A DNA stretch of 64,000 nt from an uncultured Planctomycetota bacterium. Lineage in GTDB: Bacteria; Planctomycetota; Planctomycetia; Pirellulales; Lacipirellulaceae. Shown piece after piece: positions 43,079 to 51,304 of the stretch. Made by a program: the position numbers and the translations under genes. The notes beneath the pieces were generated by a model. That model saw nothing but the letters and a program-made list of their open reading frames with translations. It was not told where the DNA came from and did not search any database. Every line of letters starts with the position of its first letter. The stretch's first letter is position 1. The stretch covers positions 1,120,001 to 1,184,000 of the forward strand of contig CAVRBU010000002.1 in the NCBI GenBank assembly GCA_963719315.1, read 5' to 3'.

Positions 43079-44323
43079 CTACGGGTCGCCGGGAATATCT
43101 CCCTCCTCCAATGGAAGCGTCAGCAAATCAACACCAAGCTTCGACGCGCGGCAAAGGAGCTCTTTGTTGGCTTCGTCGTTATCAAGCCGAGCAATGGATT
43201 CCAGGAATTCATCGCGCACGTTCGGCGGCAGAAATGGCCGCAAATCGAAGGGCGTCTCGTGCAACTCGAACTCGCGAACAACCCGAAGAAAATCGCCCAA
43301 GCAAGTTTCCTGGTCGTACCACTCGGCCGGCACGCTCAGCGCCGAATCGCAGTGGATCGAAGCACTCCACGCCACGGGCGAACGCTCGCCGAATTTGCGA
43401 CGGAGATCGCTGAGCAATTCATCGGCCAGGCTGTTCGGACGCAGGCGGTTTACGAGCGGACCCGTGCCGCGGATGTTCCACCGCACGAACAGATCGACGC
43501 CCGGATGCTGGGCCTGCAGCTTTTCCAACCGCTCGACCATGCGATCGTGAAGCTGCTCCTGTTTTGTCGTGGCAGTGACTTCGAGCGCTTGCTCGATCCA
43601 ACGGATCGCATCGGTGGCAACGAACTTGGTTTTCGCACGAGCCGTTTCGTCCACCGTGACGACGGTGCAACCGTGCGGGCCGGTCTCTTTCGGCCCGCGA
43701 CCCTGCGGGCTGCCGCTGTAATGCGCGATGCCGGGGTGCTCGTCCACGGTTTGCTGCAGGTGCCGGCCGCCGAGGGCCATGTAGTGAACGCGGTCGCCTT
43801 CGTGGCCGGCTGAGTCGTTCGTGCCGTAAGCGACGCCGATCGTGAACAGACCGTGCACATCGCGATGAAACCCGCGAGCATCGACCGTGCCGCCCTCGGG
43901 GCAGCTCGTGCCTTGCACGCGGGCGATCGGCTCGCCGGCGCGGGCCAAATCGAGCGATTCCACATGACCTACCGGGAACACGTGCACATTCGACGGCAGC
44001 GTGACGCTTCGCGGCCAGAAATCTGGCACATCCACAGCACCGCCGGCCCAGTAAATAGGAATCTTCCGCTCCGCCAAGCGGGCGAACTGATCGAGCAACA
44101 ACACGATCGCGGGCGGACCAGCGCGATCGACATTGAGCACGTCGCCCGCTAGGAGCACTGCGTCAACATCTTCGGCGAGCGCCGTTTCGAACACCTGCTC
44201 CGCCGCGTGGTACGGCGCGTCGAGCAGCAGGTCGCGGAGATGGTCCGGGATCTCCGACAACCCGTACACGGGCAGTTCGAGGTGTAAATCGCTGGCGTGA
44301 ACCAGACGCAGCGGCTGGGTCAT
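43079..44323 (-). CDS. YhaO/Mre11/SbcD-like metallophosphoesterase with degenerate motifs
   Basis: HASDLHL, LAGD, YSGSPQGR; GNHD and GHIH positions read GGAVD and GGRH. Confidence 0.85.
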   Translation of the reverse strand: MTQPLRLVHASDLHLELPVYGLSEIPDHLRDLLLDAPYHAAEQVFETALAEDVDAVLLAGDVLNVDRAGPPAIVLLLDQFARLAERKIPIYWAGGAVDVPDFWPRSVTLPSNVHVFPVGHVESLDLARAGEPIARVQGTSCPEGGTVDARGFHRDVHGLFTIGVAYGTNDSAGHEGDRVHYMALGGRHLQQTVDEHPGIAHYSGSPQGRGPKETGPHGCTVVTVDETARAKTKFVATDAIRWIEQALEVTATTKQEQLHDRMVERLEKLQAQHPGVDLFVRWNIRGTGPLVNRLRPNSLADELLSDLRRKFGERSPVAWSASIHCDSALSVPAEWYDQETCLGDFLRVVREFELHETPFDLRPFLPPNVRDEFLESIARLDNDEANKELLCRASKLGVDLLTLPLEEGDIPGDP

Positions 44324-44419
44324 CGACGCCTCCTTGCGCGGGAAGATACAAGCGGGAAGAGCGCAAGTTTAGCCCGCCGCCCGCGATTCACCAACTTCAG
44401 CTTGCGGTGTAGGCGAGTG

Positions 44420-46528
44420 CTAGCGTCGAGCGGTCTTTCGCGTTCGGCGGCGCGAGGAGGTGGTTTTTTTCGCCTTCTTCTCCTCGGCGGCAGGCGGAAA
44501 AGCCTCGGCCTGCCCCGTCATTTCATACAGGAAGCGGCTGGGAATGGTCGGCTGCGGTTTGCCCCACTTGCGACGGGTGAGGGCAAATGACAGCGTCAAG
44601 TTTTCGCGGGCCCGAGTGACCCCCACGTAACATAGACGGCGCTCCTCTGCGATGGCAGAATCGTCCTCGGCCGCGACGGAGCGCTTGTGTGGCAAAACGC
44701 CCTCTTCCATACCGACCAAGTACACGCTCGGAAACTCAAGGCCCTTCGCGCTGTGGAGTGTCATCAACGCCACCGCGTTCCGGGCCAACTGCGAATCCTT
44801 CTCTTCCGTATCGTCGCGCTCGTTAAGCAGCATATCGTCCAAAAAGCGCGACAAATTCAAAAAGGTGTCAGGAATCTTTTTCGGCTTCTTTGGCACGGTT
44901 CCTGACACCTTTTTGTCGTAGTTCGCGGCGGCGTTCACGATTTCTTCCAGCGAGGCGAACCGCGACTCGCGCTCGGTGGCGTCGGGATATTGCTTGACGA
45001 GTGAGCCGCGGTAGTCGGTTTTGTCCAATACCTGATTAACAAGATGTGCCACCGCATCATTCTCCGGTTGATCGCGAAAGCCATCGATAAGCCGACGGAA
45101 CTGGGCAACAGCCGCAGCCGTTTTGGCGTCGACGCCGTCGATCACGAGCGCATCCGGCAATACATCCCATAGGAACTTGCCACGCGACGTGGCTTCTTCC
45201 ACCAGCCGCTTTTGGGCCGCGTTGCCGATGCCGCGGGCCGGTGTGTTGATGATCCGCATTAGCGCCGGCTCATCGTGCGGATTATCGATGACTTTCAAAT
45301 ACGAAAGGATATCTCGCACTTCCTTGCGGTCGAAGAACGACATGCCGCCAATGAGCACGTACGGCACATCGGCCCGCCGCAATTCGGTTTCGAACGAACG
45401 TGGCTGCTCGTTCGTGCGGCACAGAATGGCGATCTCGCGCGGTTGCCTCTGCTTTGAGTCGATCATCTGTCGGATATCGGCCACGACGCGTTCGGCCTCC
45501 TGCGTTTCGTCCTGGCATTGCAAAATCGCGGGTCGCATTCCGCCGGGGCGGGCCGCCCTCAGCACTTTTTCGTGCCGCTGGCGATTAAACGCGATGAGCG
45601 TGTTGGCATAGCTCAAAATCGCGGCGGTGGAACGGTAATTGTCTTCCAGCCGCACGACCTTGGCTTCGGGCCAATCCTGCTTGAACTTGAGAATGTGCGT
45701 CACTTCGGCCCCGCGCCAGCCATAGATCGATTGATCATCATCACCCACGACACACAGGTTGCGATGCCCGGAGGCAAGCGCTCGGATGATTTCGTATTGG
45801 CTACGGTTCGTGTCTTGATATTCGTCGACGAGCACCTGATCGAACCGAGCGGCCTCGGCACGCCGCACGGCGGGAAACTTGCTCAGCAACTCCTCAGTGT
45901 GGAGCAGCAGATCGTCGAAATCGACGGCCCCGATCCGCTTGAGATTGTCTTGGTAGCGACGATAGGCAGCGGCCGCCAGTTGCTCACGTTCGCCGTGGGC
46001 AACTTCGCCCGCTCGATCCGGGCGCAAGGAGGCCGATTTCCACCGGCTTATAATCGAAAGCAAATCACCGGGCGCTAACGCCGCGGAGGGTGCGCGCAGT
46101 TCGCGCAGCACCGTGCGGGCCTGGCTTTCCTGTTCATTCCGATCGCAGATGACGAACTTTTCCGGGAAGCCGAGTTGTTTGATGTGTCGCCGCAGAATAC
46201 GGACGCAGAGGGAGTGGAACGTGGAAATTTCCGGACTCGTAGCCGCTTCTCTCCGAGACGCGGATGCGAGTCTCGGAGAGACTCGCCCACGTGGGGCGCC
46301 ACCGGATTTAGCCAACAGCGCGCCGGCTCGCTCTTGCATCTCGTCTGCGGCTTTTTTCGTGAACGTGACCGCCAGAATACGCTCCGGCTTGACGCGATGC
46401 CGAATCAGTTCAGCGATTCGATATGTGACCACGCGCGTCTTGCCGGTGCCTGCCCCGGCCAGAACCAACAGCGGGCCTTTGAGTGTCCGCACGGCGTCGA
46501 GTTGGGGCGGGTTGAGGTCGGCGGGCAT
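44420..46528 (-). CDS. UvrD/PcrA/Rep superfamily 1 DNA helicase
   Basis: AGAGTGKT, VDEYQD, VGDDDQSIYGWRGA, NYRS, TLHSAKGLEF, EERRLCYVGVTRA. Confidence 0.95.
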   Translation of the reverse strand: MPADLNPPQLDAVRTLKGPLLVLAGAGTGKTRVVTYRIAELIRHRVKPERILAVTFTKKAADEMQERAGALLAKSGGAPRGRVSPRLASASRREAATSPEISTFHSLCVRILRRHIKQLGFPEKFVICDRNEQESQARTVLRELRAPSAALAPGDLLSIISRWKSASLRPDRAGEVAHGEREQLAAAAYRRYQDNLKRIGAVDFDDLLLHTEELLSKFPAVRRAEAARFDQVLVDEYQDTNRSQYEIIRALASGHRNLCVVGDDDQSIYGWRGAEVTHILKFKQDWPEAKVVRLEDNYRSTAAILSYANTLIAFNRQRHEKVLRAARPGGMRPAILQCQDETQEAERVVADIRQMIDSKQRQPREIAILCRTNEQPRSFETELRRADVPYVLIGGMSFFDRKEVRDILSYLKVIDNPHDEPALMRIINTPARGIGNAAQKRLVEEATSRGKFLWDVLPDALVIDGVDAKTAAAVAQFRRLIDGFRDQPENDAVAHLVNQVLDKTDYRGSLVKQYPDATERESRFASLEEIVNAAANYDKKVSGTVPKKPKKIPDTFLNLSRFLDDMLLNERDDTEEKDSQLARNAVALMTLHSAKGLEFPSVYLVGMEEGVLPHKRSVAAEDDSAIAEERRLCYVGVTRARENLTLSFALTRRKWGKPQPTIPSRFLYEMTGQAEAFPPAAEEKKAKKTTSSRRRTRKTARR

Positions 46529-46573
46529 CGGAATTCCATTTCGCAAGTAAATCAGGCGAGCCGAGCCAGACGT

Positions 46574-46640
46574 GGACAGACAAGGAGACAAGGAATCTGA
46601 GCTTCCAAAAGAATCTCCTTGTCTCCCGGTCTCCTAGTCT
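46574..46640. repeat. Inverted octamer tracts (GGAGACAA)n / (TTGTCTCC)n
   Basis: GACAGACAAGGAGACAAGGA...TCTCCTTGTCTCCCGGTCTCCTAGTCT. Confidence 0.65.
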
Positions 46641-46811
46641 TCGCCGCCCATTGGCTCGCGCCCCCGCAGGATCAACTACACAACCTAATGTCCGCCGCGG
46701 CCGCCTGCCAGCCGCCCTTGACGATATTCTTCGCACGCTCGTAAACTTCAGGCAGAAATTAACGGCTGCGGAATATCTCAGAGGCGGAAGACGAAGTCAC
46801 CGCAAAGTCCG

Positions 46812-47783
46812 ATGAAATCTGTTGAACGTCACAAATTGGAAACGAACGTTTTCGCGCATAAGCTCGAGGTTTATATCGAGCGCTATAAGCCCTATGTGTC
46901 CAAGGTCGCGATCGGGATCGTGGCGTTCATTGCTCTGTTGTTCATCTGGTCCTACCTGTCAGGGTCCTCGGCGGCCCGAAAAAACGAAGCCTGGGATTCG
47001 TACAACCTGGCGCTCGGCTCCCGGCCCATGAATTTGGAAGCGCTACATCGCACGGCCCAGGAATACCAAGGCACTAAGATGCAGCAGTTGGCCGATGTCA
47101 CGTGGGCCGATGGACAGGTAATGATGGCTTCGAATGCCTATATCTCCAACCGCTCCGCAGCGAAGGATGCACTCAATAAAGCGGCGAGCGCCTATCAGGG
47201 CGTCATTCAATCGTCGGACGACTCCCGGTTGACTGGCCGTGCGCACCTCGGACTCGCGCGGGTGTACGAGATGCAAAGTGAATTGGAGAAGGCCCGCGAG
47301 CAATATGGGCAGGTGACTGGAGCGTACAGCAAGTATGCCAAGCAACAAGCCGACCGACTAGCAAAGCCCGAAGCCAAGGAGACCTACGACTGGCTCGCGA
47401 CCGCGCAGCCGCCACGGCCGGTTGCCCCGATGGGACCGGGAACACCGGGCCAGGGACCGGCCTTCTCGCCGAACGACATCTCGCTGCCCAACGCGGGTGA
47501 CCCGAACGCTCCCGCAACCGGAGAAACGAAAAGTGCCGCGGAAACCTTTGACGCGCTGCTGAAAGAAATGCAAAAGGATGCCCAAAAGGATCCAAATTCG
47601 AGCGAAAAGGACGGCGATCGTTACAAAACCGAGCCGCCACCAACGTCGGATGCAAACCCGGCCGCGCCTAACAAGGACGCAACCCCTGGCGAGCCAAAGA
47701 GCGGCGAAGCGCCAACGAATGGCAACGCGGAGAAGACCAACCCACCGCCCAGCGCCCCGGCCGACGACAAAACGCCCAAATAG
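46812..47783 (+). CDS. YfgM-like TPR membrane protein
   Basis: ERHKLETN then one TM helix, TPR-like AHLGLARVYE, Pro-rich tail. Confidence 0.65.
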   Translation: MKSVERHKLETNVFAHKLEVYIERYKPYVSKVAIGIVAFIALLFIWSYLSGSSAARKNEAWDSYNLALGSRPMNLEALHRTAQEYQGTKMQQLADVTWADGQVMMASNAYISNRSAAKDALNKAASAYQGVIQSSDDSRLTGRAHLGLARVYEMQSELEKAREQYGQVTGAYSKYAKQQADRLAKPEAKETYDWLATAQPPRPVAPMGPGTPGQGPAFSPNDISLPNAGDPNAPATGETKSAAETFDALLKEMQKDAQKDPNSSEKDGDRYKTEPPPTSDANPAAPNKDATPGEPKSGEAPTNGNAEKTNPPPSAPADDKTPK

Positions 47784-47785
47784 CC

Positions 47786-47851
47786 CGTAGCTGAAGTCGC
47801 AAGACTTCAGTTTTGGCGCGAACAACCGGATTTCTTGCGAATTCCGCTACG
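47786..47851. repeat. GTAG-type REP dyad
   Basis: CGTAGCTGAAGTCGCAAGACTTCAG...CGGATTTCTTGCGAATTCCGCTACG. Confidence 0.75.
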
Positions 47852-47861
47852 GCGGAATCTC

Positions 47862-48905
47862 GTGGCCAGTTCTGACCCTCGACCTCTGACGCCTAACTCC
47901 TCACCTTGGCCGCAACTTTTTACCGTCGCGCCTGAACAGGCGGGGCAGCGGCTGGACTTATTTCTCGCGCAGCAATTCCCGGCCGTCAGCCGGGCCACCG
48001 TCCGGCGGGCGATTGATGCGGGGCACGTCCGCGTAGACGAAGCTGACTGCAAGCCTTCGTTACGATTGAAATCCGGAAATAGCATCAAGGTGCTGAGAAT
48101 CGACGTGCCGCGCGAAGGGCCGGCGCCGCAAGATATCCCGCTCGCGATCCTGCACGAAGATGATGCGCTCGTCGTGGTGAACAAGCCGGCCGGCATGGTC
48201 GTGCATCCTGCCAAGGGGCATTGGGAAGGAACGCTGGCCAGCGCGCTGGCGCATCATTTTGGTACGCTGAGCAGTCGCGGCGGACCGACGCGGCCGGGCA
48301 TCGTCCACCGACTCGACCGCGACACCAGCGGCGTCATTGTGGTGGCCAAGAACGATCGGGCGCACGACGCGCTGGCAGCCCAATTCAAATCGCGGCAAGT
48401 GGAAAAGGAATACCTCGCGATCGTCGTCGGCGTGCCGCAGTTGGACCGCGATTTAATCGATGAGCCGATCGGCGACCATCCGACCCATCGCGATAAGAAA
48501 GCGATCCGGCGGAAAGACCCGAACGCGCGGCTTGCCGTGACGCGGTACGAGGTCGTCGAGCGATTCGCGGGGTACGCGCTCGTGCGAGCACTCCCGAAAA
48601 CGGGCCGCACGCATCAGATTCGATTGCACTTGGCCCACATTCGCCACCCCGTCCTCTGCGACCGGCTGTACGGCGGGCGAGCCAGCATCACCGAACTGGA
48701 ATTGATCCCGAACGACAAAATCGGGCACGATATGGCTATGGAAGGAGCGGCGACCGCGCTGCCGTTACTCGATCGCCAGGCCTTGCACGCCCATCGGTTG
48801 GCGTTCGCGCACCCGACGACTGGCGAGCCGATGCGATTCGTCGCGCCGCTGCCAGTCGACTTGGAGCGCACGTTGGAATCGCTACGAAAATGGCGACCCC
48901 GCTAG
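47862..48905 (+). CDS. rluD: RluA/RluD family pseudouridine synthase
   Basis: S4 domain RLDLFL, NKPAGMVVHP, RPGIVHRLDRDTSG, TGRTHQIR, RQALHA. Confidence 0.9.
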   Translation: MASSDPRPLTPNSSPWPQLFTVAPEQAGQRLDLFLAQQFPAVSRATVRRAIDAGHVRVDEADCKPSLRLKSGNSIKVLRIDVPREGPAPQDIPLAILHEDDALVVVNKPAGMVVHPAKGHWEGTLASALAHHFGTLSSRGGPTRPGIVHRLDRDTSGVIVVAKNDRAHDALAAQFKSRQVEKEYLAIVVGVPQLDRDLIDEPIGDHPTHRDKKAIRRKDPNARLAVTRYEVVERFAGYALVRALPKTGRTHQIRLHLAHIRHPVLCDRLYGGRASITELELIPNDKIGHDMAMEGAATALPLLDRQALHAHRLAFAHPTTGEPMRFVAPLPVDLERTLESLRKWRPR

Positions 48906-48927
48906 CAGGTAACAGCATGAACATAGA

Positions 48928-49015
48928 CCACGAAGGCATGAAGGACACGAAGAAATAGATTGCTGCGGCACACAGCCACAGTCTTCTCCTTGATCTCCTT
49001 CTTGCCTTCGTGGTA
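48928..49015. repeat. Inverted 9-mer-type repeat element
   Basis: ACCACGAAGGCATGAAGGACACGAAG...CTTCTTGCCTTCGTGGT; 12-bp perfect outer arms. Confidence 0.65.
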
Positions 49016-49041
49016 AATCCACTTCTCTCCGGAGCCAAACC

Positions 49042-49452
49042 ATGAGCGTCATACAGGAATTCAAGAAGTTCGCATTGCGCGGCAACGTGATCGACATGGC
49101 GGTGGGCATCATCATCGGCGCGGCATTCGGCGGCGTCGTGAAGTCACTCGTGGATGATGTGATTATGCCCCCAATCGGCATGATCACCGGCAGAATCAAT
49201 TTCAGAGACCTCGCCTACACGCTGGCGAAGGCCGAAGGAAACAAACCGGCGGTGACGATCAACTATGGCGCGTTCATCAATACCGTGATTACCTTTATGA
49301 TTGTGGCCTGGGCGGTGTTCATGCTCGTCAAAGCGATGAATGTAGCGGAGACCCGCCTGCGATTGGGCCAAGAACCGCCGGCCGACGTACCGCCACCACC
49401 AGAAGATGTCTTGTTGTTGCGCGAGATTCGCGACGAGCTAAAACGCAAATGA
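49042..49452 (+). CDS. mscL: Large-conductance mechanosensitive channel
   Basis: [41 protein letters not shown]. Confidence 0.97.
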   Translation: MSVIQEFKKFALRGNVIDMAVGIIIGAAFGGVVKSLVDDVIMPPIGMITGRINFRDLAYTLAKAEGNKPAVTINYGAFINTVITFMIVAWAVFMLVKAMNVAETRLRLGQEPPADVPPPPEDVLLLREIRDELKRK

Positions 49453-49567
49453 ACCGGAGTGAACCGCTTATGCGCAAATGGGGTGCTAATATTTTCCAGC
49501 CGCATTTTCATTTCTTCCGATTTAGCGAATCATTAGCGTTCATTCGCAATTAAATACTCTCCGCGAT

Positions 49568-50299
49568 TTACTCGAAAAGCGACCGCATCAGATCTTTCGA
49601 CACCACCGGTCGCGGGCTGATCAGCATCTCCGCGGCCACGACGCCGGCCGAGCGGCCCAGGTAGCGGTCGGCCGCGTCCACGCGATCGAACAGGTGTTCC
49701 TTCTCCGGCGGGAACTGCGTTTTGTAGCAGCGGATGGCGGCGATTTTTCGGGCCAACGTATGGCTAATGTCCACCACGATCTGCCCGCCGGGATTCGGCG
49801 AACCGGCCAGCGGCGTACCCAACATGCAATAAAGCTGCTTGGCGATCGTGTGGGGCGGCAGATGGTCGAACTGGTCGTCCCACTTGGTGAGCCGCGAGTA
49901 GAATACCGCGGCGTCGGTAATCAGCATCGCTTGCCAATGGTCGGGCGACGCCATCGGCGTTTTGTCGCCCAGGCCGATGACCAACCGCGGGCGGTGTCTG
50001 CGAAACTCGATTGCCAGTTTGACGCGGGCCTCGAACGAGTCGAACAGACGGCGGTTCGAGAGGTGCAACAGCGTGCGAACGTGGACCCCGAGCGCTTCGC
50101 CGGCCGCCCTGGACTCGGCCATCCGCACATCGGGTCCGGGCGAGAGGGGGGTCGGCTCGCCGTCCGTCAGGTCGATGATGCCGACCTTGTAGCCGGCATC
50201 CACCAAGCTGGCGAGCGTGCCGCCGCAGGAGATTTCAATATCGTCGGGGTGGGCACCGACGGCGATTACATCGAGCTGCGGAAACGTCGTATTGCTCAT
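49568..50299 (-). CDS. PIG-L/BshB1-like deacetylase
   Basis: [35 protein letters not shown]. Confidence 0.85.
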   Translation of the reverse strand: MSNTTFPQLDVIAVGAHPDDIEISCGGTLASLVDAGYKVGIIDLTDGEPTPLSPGPDVRMAESRAAGEALGVHVRTLLHLSNRRLFDSFEARVKLAIEFRRHRPRLVIGLGDKTPMASPDHWQAMLITDAAVFYSRLTKWDDQFDHLPPHTIAKQLYCMLGTPLAGSPNPGGQIVVDISHTLARKIAAIRCYKTQFPPEKEHLFDRVDAADRYLGRSAGVVAAEMLISPRPVVSKDLMRSLFE

Positions 50300-50462
50300 G
50301 GATTAATTAGCCCTACGAAAAACGTCGGCCATCGGCAAATGGCTAGCTTTATCCTGGCGTCTAGTTTGGCGGAGTTTTACGGTCGTATAAAGGCCATGCA
50401 ACTCCTAAAAGGCATCGGCCGCCCGAAAATGGGTGTGTCCTAAGTTGCGGCACAACAAGCTG

Positions 50463-50513
50463 GTAGCACGGACTTCAGTCCGCGATTCTCGTACGGACTG
50501 AAGGCCGTGCTAC
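50463..50513. repeat. GTAG-type REP dyad
   Basis: GTAGCACGGACTTCAGTCCG...CGGACTGAAGGCCGTGCTAC. Confidence 0.85.
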
Positions 50514-50799
50514 AAAGTACCAGTCCGAACGGTGCCGAATTAGGCCACCGCCCGAAAATGCCGGTAGTGTTTCGCTTACGATTTTTCGCGTATATTGATG
50601 GACCTGGACAGTGGGCCTCTCGGACGTCCACCAGAACGGCCAGATTCCGCGTGGCAACTCGCCAAATAGCGATCTTCTGCATACGATTGTGCAGAAAACC
50701 AGCGCGAATCGCTGACTGGCTGTATTGGGGGTTTGCGGCATGAGAGCCGAATTAGTGACAATGTGGGCTGGCGTGGACACGCCGCGGGAAGATGAGTTT

Positions 50800-51129
50800 A
50801 TGGGTGGCGGTATGGCAGTTTTGGAGTGGGGCATTGGAAGCGCGGAGTGCGGCGATTTTATCGTTCCGTTGGAATCGAATATTCCAGAATCCGAATTCAT
50901 TAATCCGCAGCCGGCGTTTGTGGGCCGGCCGTTGGACGACGACGTCACATGCGCGTCCGACCCGTTCGAAGACTTCGACGACGATGATTTCGACGACGAC
51001 TTCGACGACGACTTCGAAGAAGAATGGGACGAAGAGCTGCCGGGCGACGCCGATCAGTTTGAGCCCGACCCAGTCGAAATCGACGAAGACGCCGAACCCG
51101 TCGAGCCCGATTTCGAAGACGAGGAATAG
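50800..51129 (+). CDS. Small highly acidic hypothetical protein (start 50800 or 50812)
   Basis: DFDDDDFDDDFDDDFEEEWDEE tract with host-like codon usage. Confidence 0.6.
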   Translation: MGGGMAVLEWGIGSAECGDFIVPLESNIPESEFINPQPAFVGRPLDDDVTCASDPFEDFDDDDFDDDFDDDFEEEWDEELPGDADQFEPDPVEIDEDAEPVEPDFEDEE

Positions 51130-51304
51130 GCGACCTTTCCTCGGCTACATCGCGGCAATCTGAACCCGTGCCGGGCGGCGACGGTCTTTGCAATTGCACG
51201 AACCGCAGTCGCGTGTTCTACTCGCATTTTTCCGGCGTAAAACGTTTCCGCTCCGCATAAAGCCGCGACCGCTGGTCGCGGTTCTTGCGCGCCACCATTC
51301 GATC

